From the NCBI GenBank assembly GCA_003693705.1, contig RBZT01000959.1:2077-66076 (forward strand): a DNA stretch of 64,000 nt, in the 5' to 3' direction. Both the position numbers and the translations under genes were made by a program. The DNA is from Polymyxa betae A26-41 (Eukaryota > Protista > Endomyxa: Phytomyxea). Positions 1 to 11,803 of this stretch are shown one piece after another (the first letter of the stretch is position 1; each line of letters starts with the position of its first letter). The notes under the pieces were generated by a model, which did not search any database, was not told the DNA's origin, and saw nothing but the letters and a program-made list of their open reading frames with translations.

Positions 1-611
1 CTTGCTGATGTTGATATAAATGCTTGTTCACTGAGATATATTCGACTTCCACTAATAGATGATAAACCCAATAAATTACTTGATGTTATACCAGAGAATG
101 TATACAACTTAGTTGATGATAGAAAATCTTCTACTTCCTCAACATCTCTTGGTTTCCGAATCGAAACAATCACATCAAGATGATCGAGAAAATCTCTAAA
201 AGCAGGATCTGCAGCTTCATGAATCTCATCACGAGTAAATGTACGAAGACGATTAATACCACCAGTAGTGAATGCATTCTTGATCATATGCATTGACTGA
301 TCTAAAAGACCAAATAGATCTTGTTGCTTATCTGGATGAATCCATTGAGGAAATACAGCTTCTCCTAATAGTATATCATGATTCCATGCCTCCCATATTC
401 GTGTTGCAGATCCACATAAATCAATAAAGAATAGCTTCTTCTCATAAGGCATTTCTGATGATTTCTCTAATAATTCCATCTGTTCAAGAAGGCAAGCAGC
501 ATCGCTAATATAAATCTCTCTGCTTTCAGGAAGATATCTCTTCAGAATATCAAAACGATGTCGAATAAGATCGAGACCTCGGTGATAATCATCGAATTTA
601 GAAGACTCCAT
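1..611 (-). CDS. Hypothetical protein, runs off the left edge of the window (>200 aa, no intron in the visible part)
   Basis: Uninterrupted frame from ATG at 611 (MESSKFDDYHRGLDLIRHRFDILKRYLPESREIYISDAACLLEQ...) to position 1. It is missing from the ORF track because it has no stop in the window. No family recognised. Confidence 0.7.
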   Translation of the reverse strand, partial: MESSKFDDYHRGLDLIRHRFDILKRYLPESREIYISDAACLLEQMELLEKSSEMPYEKKLFFIDLCGSATRIWEAWNHDILLGEAVFPQWIHPDKQQDLFGLLDQSMHMIKNAFTTGGINRLRTFTRDEIHEAADPAFRDFLDHLDVIVSIRKPRDVEEVEDFLSSTKLYTFSGITSSNLLGLSSISGSRIYLSEQAFISTSA

Positions 612-1093
612 TTCGATGAATGACGGAATATTGCATTTATATGACTTCATATACCATGATATTCATGTAAATAGATTGTTCATGCTGGTAATAATTTTTC
701 ATGTTCTTAAAGAGAAGTTGGTGTCACTTTGAATATTGTGATAGATAATAATGATAATATACTACTATGATACTACTGATATTCATAGTACTCATTACTC
801 ACTATGTATTATTATATAGATCTATGTGAATATGTTATACATCCTACGAATCCTAGTATCAGAATCCCTTGATTGTGATACTGATAATAGAATTCACTAT
901 TTACTACTACCTATACTGATATACATTGATATAAATACTCACTATTACAATTTAATATATGTGAATATGTTACATTGAAACCCTTGAACATATCTCCCAT
1001 ACTAAATATATCACTTCTATACTCCTTATTTGTATATCCAGTATTATTAATTAAGTGCTTTCAGATAGAATTGTCCTCTGTACAGTATTGAAT

Positions 1094-2260
1094 ATGCGAC
1101 TAATCATTCGACAAGACAAGCAGGCGGTGGCTCAATATGTCGCCAACTACGTTAAGCAGCGGATCCTTGATTCCAATCCAACTTCAGACAAACCCTTTGT
1201 TATTGGCCTACCAACCGGAAGCAGTCCAATACCAACGTAACTAACATAATTATTATCTGTTTTCATCTTGATTGAATTTCTGTTAGATACAAGTGCCTGA
1301 TCAATATGTATCAAAAAGGCGAATTGAGCTTCAAAAATGTTGTTACTTTTAACATGGATGAATACTGTGATCTTCCTGAGGATCATCCGGAATCTTATGT
1401 ATGATGGATAGCAATACATTTGTTTTCTTTAAAATGACTAAAGTGTTCCTTAGCATTCTTTCATGTGGGAGAATCTCTTCAAGCATATTGATATTCGAAG
1501 AGAAAATGTTAATATTCTGGATGGAAATTCAAAGAATTTAGCTTCAGAATGTCAAAGATATGAAGAGAAGATTGAAAGCTATGGTGGAATTGATTTGTAA
1601 GACAATTAGTTAATTTCTTTCCATGGCTCTAAAGATGAATTAGGTTCCTGGGCGGAATTGGACCTGATGGACATGTAGGCATAATATCTACATTCAGTAT
1701 CCAATAAATAAGGTTCTGGTTTAGATTGCGTTCAACGAGCCGGGAAGCTCTCTAGCTTCAAAAACCAGACTTAAAACATTAGCCTACGACACAATTGTTG
1801 CAAACTCTCGTTTTTGTAAGTGTCTTGATACTGTTATCTTGTATATGGTTGTTAACAATTACTAAAGTCAACGGCGACATCTCCAAAGTACCTAAACGTG
1901 CTTTAACGGTTGGAGTACAGACCTTTTTAAACGCCCGTGAGGTCCTAGTTATCATCACAGGAATATCGAAAGCGTTAGCATTACAGAAATCTATTGAAGA
2001 AGGTATCAGTCATATGTGGACTGTGTATGTCAAATATATCAAAACTAAACAGTTTCATTTAAATATGGATTTGTAGATCTGCAATTCAGCTACATGAGAA
2101 TGCCATGATTGTATGTGATGATGATGCAACGTTGGAATTACGAGTTAAGACCGTCAAATACTTTAAAGGCATTCAGGAAACAGCTGAGCGCTGTGCAGCA
2201 CCTCAATGTCCACCAAAATCACCCAAACGTCGTGGTAGTGGTTGCGAAGCTACTCTTTAA
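1094..2260 (+). CDS. GNPDA: Glucosamine-6-phosphate deaminase (NagB/GNPDA), 7 exons
   Basis: MRLII..., [37 protein letters not shown] and ALTVGV motifs joined across ~50-nt GT-AG introns. Confidence 0.96.
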
Positions 2261-2465
2261 AGCAATAAACAACAGTTCATAGAATTTCAAAACTTGTAGC
2301 ATATGATCGATCCCAAATCCAAAAGAGACTCTGGATCACCGCGCTACAGCCGATCAATAAAAAAACAAAATCCAGGTCGATTTGGCTGTTTGCGCGGTTT
2401 TTACAGAGATTGCAGTTGCATTTCTATGATACTGAACACTGTAATAATACCATAATAGTATTAGA

Positions 2466-3254
2466 ATGGACTCCGATTCAGCTGATGATCAGTTACTACT
2501 CCAGGTAAGATATAACTTCATCATTTCTATCATTACTGATTAGGTTCAGGTCAAGACAAAGCGACCAAAGCTTAAGGCGTTTAGCTCAAACTCCAGTTCC
2601 GATGACGACGAGCCACTGGCTAAGAAGCAGAAACCTGTACGTTTTAAAAGCAACCCCCCCCCCCGATGTCATTCTCATACTGGTGGCCAATAGCATGCTA
2701 AAAAGCATAATGATATCAAGGTCAAGAAAGACCAATTAATTGCAGAATCTAACTCTGATGACAATGAACCGCTTGTGAAGAACCAGAAGAAGAGAAAAGA
2801 ATCAAGGAAGAAATCCCTGCCGAGTAGCAAGGATGCCAAAGTCAAAAAGGAACGGAAACCAACTGTGAAAAAAGTCAAATCGGATCATAATGGTCCTCCT
2901 TCTATTAAAGCCGAGGTCGCTCTTATAGCTTTGTCGTCCATATTTTCAACCATTATTTAGGAAGGCGATACGAAGAAATCATCGCGTGTCAAAAAATTGT
3001 ATGAAAAACCTGGCCAGAAATATGACGAACCAAGTCATGTAGGCGTTATTCTGAATGTTTGCATAGTCTATCTTAATCGTATTTAGCTTGACTGTCTTCG
3101 ACTGTTTTATGAAAGCTTATATCATGAAGAAGTTGGGAATCTGGGCAAAAGGAAAGGACCACTATCAATGGCGGAACAATGGTGCATGGAAAGGGGTCTA
3201 TTTACTCATGACCAGAATGAAATTTTGTACAAACGCCATATTCGGGCTGCATAA
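2466..3254 (+). CDS. Lys-rich hypothetical protein with a conserved C-terminal PGQK...LRLFYESLY...W motif
   Basis: Spliced ORF MDSDSADDQ... ending KPGQKYDEPSH/LDCLRLFYESLY...MAEQWCMERGL. It resembles an uncharacterised family seen in plants and protists (from memory). Confidence 0.7.
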
Positions 3255-3301
3255 TTTAACTTACTGAACTATCAAACTTTGCCATCTGTCTTCCAAAAAT
3301 G

Positions 3302-5885
3302 TTATTTATTTGCGACGTTTATTTCGCCCCATATTACATATAGAGTTTGCAATGCACATAAAGCTATCGACGCTAAAACGCCTTGTGATGAGCGTCCAGG
3401 ATAACTGGAAACTACAGACTCAAACAACACTAACAGGCATTGCAATATGCATTTTGCCGTTGAGCTTGGACCCGATGATGATGACAAAAGAATTGTGGCA
3501 CAGCCTAGAACTGTTACAAGAGGGATCTGAATGTTACTTGGAGCCTGCGCTTGCATTGCAATTTGATGCAGAACCAGCGCCGACGAGTGAATGATCGGTA
3601 AAGATAACACAGTAGAGAATTCGCTCAACCTCATCTAATTCGTAATGAGTTGTGCATTCACACCGGGTTGGAAAAATTGCTTACTAAATGGTGCTTACTT
3701 GCAATCATCAGTGTCGGTGTGATTGTGTTATTAGGTATATATGAAAGATCTGAGAAGAATGAAGTGGCTCTTGCATGATTGGCCAAACGAGGATGGCTTA
3801 ATACCTAATTGTGAACAATCAACAAATGCAGCAATTGATTGGCATCAATTACATCATCAATACTTGGCCGGTTTTTGCTGTCGAAAGCAGTCAAATTCCT
3901 TATTAGATCTGTTAACTCATTCCCTCGTCTGGCGCCTGGCGGAAAGGACATCGCCAACGATTTAGATTTGAGCATTTGGTGTAGTTGCTCAGGCGATTGA
4001 ACTGAGGCAGATATTGCATCATAAGGTCCTTGACCAAATGTCAAGAAATATAGGACGACTCCCAATGAATATCTGATAGAGCATATTAGATATCAAGATC
4101 AATATACTTTGGAAGATCACATGTCGGCTCGATCACCATAATCCGAGTCTTCAAGCAATAATTCTGGGGCGCAGAAAAATAATGTTCCGGTATTGCCTGT
4201 GAAACTGTTAAACAAACAAACAACAACAATACCATGTTGAATATACCTGTTCTAGGTCGTCGCGTTGCTGCTTTCAGCGTTTCCGATTCGCCAAAATCGG
4301 AAATCAGAATTCTAAGAGAACTAGATTCTGATACAACATCATAATCAGCATTAAGAAGTAAGTTCTGATTACAGTAAGAGGCAAATAGATAAGTTCGACA
4401 AGAATTTTTGGCTACCTCTGGCTTAATATCTCTATGGATAATACCACTATGATGCAGATGGCGCAAACCCTGTGCAATTCCTCGAAACAGAGACCAAATT
4501 TCATGTTCAGTTAACAGCTGCTGTTTTTGCGTCAGATTAGTGACATAATCGGCGAGATTTCCCATGTTAGCGTATTCCATAAGCATGAACATTACAGGGA
4601 CCTTCGTAATAGGTAGTGATGTTCAGAAGTGACATTACTTCTTTCTTACCTTTGGACCGAAATCAGCTGTCTGAGTGATCTCAAGCCAACTATGCTTATA
4701 AGCGACAATGTTAGGATGACGTAATGATTCCACAGCCCGAACTTCACTGAAATGTAAGAAAGTTAATCTCATTAAACCTCAGCTTAAATTAGTGCACCTT
4801 AATACACGATTGAGCCAAGGTCGATTATCGCCAACTGGAATCTTCTTACAAGCGTATGTGCCTTTTCTGACATTACTAACAGAAAATACAAGAGGTTTAC
4901 TTGTAAGTTACCTAACGGGACTCCATCTAATAAATGAGAACAAAGATGTACTGATCCATATCCTCCCGACCCTAATTTCCTCGTTTCTGCAAAAAATCGA
5001 CTGTAATATCTACAAAGACAAACAATTCAGAATTGTAAATGTTTTGAAGCAGAATGCAGACCCAGTATTAAATGAGCTCTCAGAGAGATGTTGAGATGGG
5101 CTTGTTGTGTCTTCCAATTCAGCTTGCTCTTCCCTGAGACCGAATAAGAACCTCTAAAATATTGTCTCCTGAACACTACTGTTCGAGCAGATGCATTTGG
5201 CCCAGACGAAAGAAATAATCATGAGCATGAAATAGATTCTGTGAGAAGGCAGTATGATTTACACAAGCAATGATAAATTGATACAGAGCTTACAGATGCG
5301 AGAGGAATAGTATCAGAAGCTGATGTATTTAAATTACTGTAATCATATAGCGGTCTTAGGCAGAAAGGACAGACATCCCTCGAATGCGATTCTGATTCAG
5401 TTGGACTTGGAGCCTATAACATCTAAGAAGAGCCATGTTGTATGTAGAGAATTACCTTATACACGCTTAATTGTCGAGTATTTCGATTATGAACGACCAT
5501 GGTCCGATTGGAAGAGTCTCGCCTATGTGCCTCTTAATGAATATTCACCCATTATTATCGACAAAAAGCTTAGTACAGGACAATTTCATGTGATGAAGAT
5601 ACGAGGGATTTGGAAGGAGATGTAGATCTGCTAACAGGAATCAGCTGAAGCTCAGCTGAAAGTACCACATTAATATAACAGCAAATGAGAATGCTGAATC
5701 AAATTACCAGAAGCAGAAGATGATCGTTGCCGACTTCGTACGATGGCTACATCCAGCGACAGTTCTTCAATACAAATTATGAACTGCATTAATTGGAGAA
5801 GCGAGTTCGGTATACCTTGCTGGGGACCGGGCTTTGCACTTGCTATCCGTCGTGATCGTCGTCTGGGTCCATCATGTGCAGACAT
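3302..5885 (-). CDS. IKS1: IKS1-like Ser/Thr protein kinase with C-terminal hydrophobic segments
   Basis: LGRGGYGSV, YACKKIPVGDNRPWL, HPNIVAYKHSWLE, LMEYANMGNL, IIHRDIKPE and ISDFGE motifs. The last exon has two hydrophobic stretches. Confidence 0.85.
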
Positions 5886-6198
5886 AATATGATAGAATGT
5901 CACGCACCACTACTAAACATGAATGATGAGATATAATATATATACATATAGCTGTATTTATATTGACACATACTCATAAAACCCTCTCTGCTCAGTACTA
6001 TATTTCTATACAGACACATGATATACCTTAGTACAGTATTCATCTATCTTACCACTCTTTAACAAGATTGAACGCAGTTTCAATATTGTATGAGATTCAT
6101 GTAATCATGATCTAAAACAACATTAGACGTCGGTGAATCGGTCAATTTATCAAAGCAGCATTCTCCTTTAATCTGCAAATTACTTTATATCGACGCCG

Positions 6199-7910
6199 AT
6201 GCCTAGCAGTATCGGGCCAAGACCGCCCTCTGAGAAAGCCAAGATTATCGGTGAATATAAAGTTCTGTCTAAGATTGGCTCTGGATCATTCGCTACTGTT
6301 TGGAAAGCTGTCCATGTACGAACTGGGATATTTGTGGCAATAAAAGCTATCAATCGGGAGAAGATACGCTGTCTTGCAAATGGTCTTGAACGATTTGATT
6401 CTGAAATAAATGTGATGATGTCCATGTGCCATGATAATATCGTCAAGCTTCTTGGTATTCATCGATCACATAGGTTAGTTTGTTATTTTTATCCCATCTT
6501 CACATAATGAACGAATTCATCTCGATTACAGGCATGTCTATCTGATTATTGAATATTGTGATCATGATCTCTCTGCTTATATTCGTAGTCTTGGACGTCC
6601 CTTAACTGAATCCGAAGCTGCTAAATTACTTGCAGATTTAGTTGCAGGATTGCAGTTCTTGCACAATAATAATCTGGCACATCGCGATTTGAAACCACAA
6701 AATTTACTCTTAACGAACAATGATTCCACCTTAAAGATCGCCGACTTCGGATTTGCCAGGTTGATTTTAACTTTAATATCAATGGTCTTGTTGAATTGGA
6801 ATTCAGGGATACTGGTTCTGAATCAATGGCTGAAACCATTTGTGGATCACCTTTATATATGGCTCCTGAAATTCTTCGTAATGATTCTTATGATGCTAAA
6901 GTCGCTGATATCTGGTCTGTTGGTGCTATTTTATTTGAGATGCTTACCTGTAAACCACCATATTCTGCACGTAATACCATTGAACTCTTAAGAAAGATTG
7001 ATTCATTACCTTTACAGGTCCCAAGGTCCAGTCATCTCTTTTTAATCCCGTATTTGTTTTTTGGCTGAAAATCCCTCTTATAGTTGCCTGTCGACTAGCT
7101 GTAGATCAATTATCAATGGATTGTTAAATCGAGATGCCAAGTCCCGACTGAGCCTCTCTCAGATTCAGTGTCATACATTCTTGAATATTAATCAAATACC
7201 AAAGAGTATAAACTGTATGACGATTGTTGCTCAATCGTTCTGATGGTTGTATTTAGATTTGTTGACAATTGAACAGGAACAGGAGAGGGTTGATTTGGAT
7301 GATATCGGATTTTTCAGCTATAATGTTGAGGATAATATATCGGAATCGGATATGCAAAAACTGATCAGTTTAGTGTCAGAGCTGGGTGATAATGCTCGAG
7401 ATCAACCTGAGATTGCATTAGCATTATATACAAGATGTATCCAGATTATGGTTCATATGAGACTGAATGTTCGTAAAGCTGCAAGTTCCATCGATTTCCG
7501 ATTTGATGATTGGATGGGACGACGAATTGATCAGATTAGTGTTCAATGTCGCAGGTAACCAATTATTATTATGATTATTATTGTCATATAATTTTGTTAT
7601 ACAAAGACTGGTCTTTGGACATCGTAATTTAACGTCCAGTGAAGACATTGAGGTGAATCTTGAACAATATATGTATGAGAAAAGTCTGGAGATTGCAAGG
7701 GAGGCAGCTGTTGGTGAATTAGTAGGTGAGACCGCAGATAGAACATTAACACAATTAAGAAAGGCAACGTTGCTGTTACAAGAAACATTAAAGCATGTTC
7801 AAGATGTAACAGATGCTAGAGCTGTTCAAGTTCTGCTTCATGCTATTAAAATTCGGATCATGAACCTAATCTCAAAATCATGTATAGATGGTTCTATAGG
7901 TGATCGATAG
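6199..7910 (+). CDS. ATG1: Autophagy kinase ATG1/ULK
   Basis: [46 protein letters not shown], plus a C-terminal [16 protein letters not shown] tandem-MIT-like region. Confidence 0.9.
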
Positions 7911-8830
7911 ATTCAACCTAAGATTCACATAATGCATTTGATTGTTTCAGATCAGGATTAATGCAAAGATTTATCGTCAAACCAAGAGAAAACGATAGTC
8001 ACTATTATCAACAATTCAAAGTCGAAATTTTTGTTGAGGGACGTCCATTAATTCTGAAGACAATAATCTCATAATTAGTAAATTACAATTACATGTATGC
8101 AATAAATATGTACTACAGTAGTTGGTATTATTTAGAGTAGTAAACATGACCTGATATACAGACTCGTCATTCTTTCCATAAGAAATGGAACAACTTGATT
8201 TCCTTTATTCTTGAATCAAGTCTTACGAATACTGCTAGATTATCAGTCCAGGTGTTTGAATATTAACCTAGACCCTAATTATTGCAGATATGGCTGTGAT
8301 TAATTAATACTTTAGAAGAAATTGTCAAATGGGTGGAAATTGCAGCGAGCAGTCGTGTTAGTTAATGTTGAAACGAGAGGCTGGAATGTAAATGATGATG
8401 ATATTGCATATTGATAGGTATGTGTCTTACAGCTAGTACTATGATCATGTGAAATGTTACATTTAATCTCATTCTATAATACTCGTATGATATTGCATAT
8501 TGATATTAGTGAGCATGGTGAGATACTTGTGAGTGACCAGGTTGGCCTGTTCCATACCTTTACTGAATACTGATTTCCTAATAAATTATGACACCAGTTA
8601 ATACTGAATCGTGAACCAGGACAGGCAGTTTCAGAAATTTGAAATAATACGGTATCGGCACTTAATCTCTATACCTGTACAACTGTTGCATTTTGAATTC
8701 CAGCAACTACTAATATAGACTGCCAAGACAGATTGTATCATATACTCAATGTATTCTTCATATTAATATCAATAAACCTAATAAGCAATATTGATAGTTG
8801 AAGGTGAAAAGAAGCCTGAAGAGGGAATGT

Positions 8831-8843
8831 TTTGGCGCGCAAA
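8831..8843. promoter_or_regulatory. Bidirectional E2F-type site TTTGGCGCGCAAA upstream of CDT2
   Basis: Matches TTTSSCGC on the + strand and a near-match on the - strand, about 95 nt before the CDT2 ATG, in AT-rich DNA. Confidence 0.55.
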
Positions 8844-8936
8844 TGTCCATTACTTGTGTATTTATATGAAATAGAACCTGGGAATTGTATTGATAGACAA
8901 TTGAATATATACCATACTGGACTTGTCACCTATCAA

Positions 8937-10767
8937 ATGTTGCATAGAATACGTCAAAGAGAGTTAGGAATCACAAAACCATGCTCCTTCCAATGTACTC
9001 TTAACAATGAATTCCTTCAATTTGGGCTGACTTGGACCTCAGTGCTACGATGTGGAACATTTCAGTCTGAGTTTGAAGATTTATTTCGATTTGAAGGTGG
9101 TATGGCACAAGAAGAATTTGCTGTTCCATATGATGTACAATTTAATAAGGTAAATCATACTCCTAAGAACTTGTTGCTATTCAATTCAATGTCTACTTAG
9201 ATGCCCTCTTCAAAACGACTTTGTCTTGTTGCTGATGAAGTACAACCCTTGTATTATACTATATAATGCTATTTCAATATAATATTGTCTAGGATGGATA
9301 TGTTAATATTATTGATAGCTCTGATCGTAATATTGGTAATGAGAGCTTGTTCATTGATTTGTATCTATCAAGTTAATTATGTATTGCAGTATGGTCCCAG
9401 CTAATACATAATAATGCTATATATTGTGCTCAATGGACAAATAATGATGAAGCAATCCTAACCGCTTCTGGAGATAAAACTTGTTGCATCACTGATATCG
9501 GTAATGACCTGCTTCAAATACAATCAATAACCATACCGCTTATTTATTGACATTATAGAAACTCAGACACAACTACTGGCTTGTGGCCATACTGGCTCAG
9601 TGAAATGTGTCTCTATACATCGTGATAATCATCAAATATTTGCAAGTGGATCTCGTGATGGCAATGTCTGTATATGGTCGAACATTATTGAGTGATATTA
9701 TTATTCAATGTATTAAATGTATATTCAGGGATACAAGAAGAGCAAGTCATATACCAGGTAGTTGTCTATTTCCAATAGGAACATTGAAACTACCACATTC
9801 GACCTCAAAACCATCCACACCTAAAAGATTACGAGCTGGTGCTCGGAAACCCTTCCATACTGATCCGCCAAAATCCGTATCTGCTGGTTTGTGTAGATAT
9901 TACTGAATATCATTGCTTGAACTAATGTACTTGTGTTTTAGTTGTGTTTCTGGGTGATACAAATCTATTAGCAACAAGTGGAGCTTCTAATGGTCTCGTT
10001 AAGATATTCGATCTTCGAATGTTTAACGAGCGCAACGTCATTGCACAATGTCGTCCTCAGCAGGTTTATTGATCGTTCAGAATCTGTTCAATTTATTGAC
10101 ATTGATAATTGTAGAATGTTGGGATATCAAGTTTAAATCTTGATGAAGGAGGTAGTCGATCTCGACTTTTAGTGACATGTACTAACTCAGCTCGTCTTAT
10201 ATATGGAGATTGTTGTGAAAAGGTATCAATAATTGATATTTGATTATAATAGAGAAGTTTACAGACTGTAGGGATTGAACTCACAACCAATAATTATCAG
10301 CCAGAAGCCATATCACTGCTCATTCTTTGTAAAATCTTGTTTCTCCCCTTGTGGCAGATATATACTTGGAGGAACACCTAATGGATATTTGCACATATTT
10401 GACAGTCAACATCCTGAACTTGCTCAATCATTACCAGATGCAGGCACGGGTGATATTAATGGTGTGGCATGGGATAGATACAATCCAGATCAGATTGTAT
10501 CATGTGCTGATAGTCAGTTGCTCTAATCGCCTAACCAACCTGTTTTAACCATTGAGTTTAGACGGAGATATTCGGATCTGGAGATACAGACGATACGATG
10601 CAGACATTAAGATTCCCAACATTATTAATGTGCAAGCAATATCAGAAAATATCAAGGAGGAAGCAGGATCCAATGATTCAGTGTTGGGGACATCTACTAT
10701 GCCTACCAGACAAACCACATTGGATGAAGTTTGGAGGAGATCAAATACCACTCCAAATTCCACCTAA
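8937..10767 (+). CDS. CDT2: WD40 CRL4 substrate receptor CDT2/Denticleless
   Basis: MLHRIRQRELG, HNNAIY...ILTASGDKT, GHTGSVKCV, FASGSRDGNVCIW and SFFVKSCFSPCG motifs, with a PIP-like C-terminus (QTTLDEVW). Confidence 0.88.
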
Positions 10768-11803
10768 GAAATTTATATCATACTTATTTATATTTGACGT
10801 ATTGAAATCCTAAAATTGTACTTGCTGACTTCAGGCTCAGATTGCAATTTATCCATTCAGTGTGTCAGTGCCATTTGCCTTAATGCTGGATTCAATATTT
10901 TCTGTACGGTAAACGCCATCCTGAACGACAGCACCAATTGTGCATGATGAACTAGCAGGGATTGTGTGAAATTGGAGAGAGGCAAACCATAGTTTGGTAG
11001 GCACGCATATCGATATTCACGAGACGATTGCCGATCTGGGTTCTTTAGCTTCTTGAAGATTGGCAGCATTACTTGAAGTCATATGTTTGCCTCATGGTAC
11101 TGACAACAGTCATCGGAAGGCATCCTGATTGAACGGTAACAAATAGGCAAGAAACATTTGATGGATCAATGTCAACAAAATGATACAACCATATCAAACA
11201 ACAACCATAACAAGACGATTGTTGTAATCCAGACGTCATAGTAGCGTACTACTCAAGCAAATAATTATATCATAGTCATGATTGCAATCGCCAACGAATT
11301 TGATCAAGTTCACTTAGATTTGCCGCTTAGATTGCAACAAGTCGTGTAATTATTCTGGTTGTACAGGAATTCGACCAAATATATAGAATTTACTATAATA
11401 ATCAAATAATGGCAGATTAGCCATGGAAGAGCACTTCGCACCAGTTAGCAGCGAATTCATTACGGAACTGAAAAGCGTTCGTAGTGTTCAACAATGTCAC
11501 ATCCAATCAATCCATTAAACCAGACACGAATCGTTAGAAAAGAATGCCCTGTGATATCGGATGGGAATAATGCTACTGTAACTTAACAGAAATAACAGAT
11601 TGATGAATCGCTGGAGCATGATAAGATCTGGACATTAAGTATTATTGATTGTACAAAAACGAAGAAGGTGAGCAGTTGATGGCCCCTCTTGCCTTGTAAC
11701 TAAGGGAATTTATATTGTAGAAGTATACCACATCTGACCATAAATCAACATAAATCGATGAATATGCATATATATATAATATTATAACACGATGAGATTA
11801 CGT

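Noticed and set aside
11068-11740. Possible small multi-exon membrane-protein gene on the minus strand
   Set aside because: Hydrophobic exon-like pieces are present, but I could not assemble a consistent start-to-stop model.
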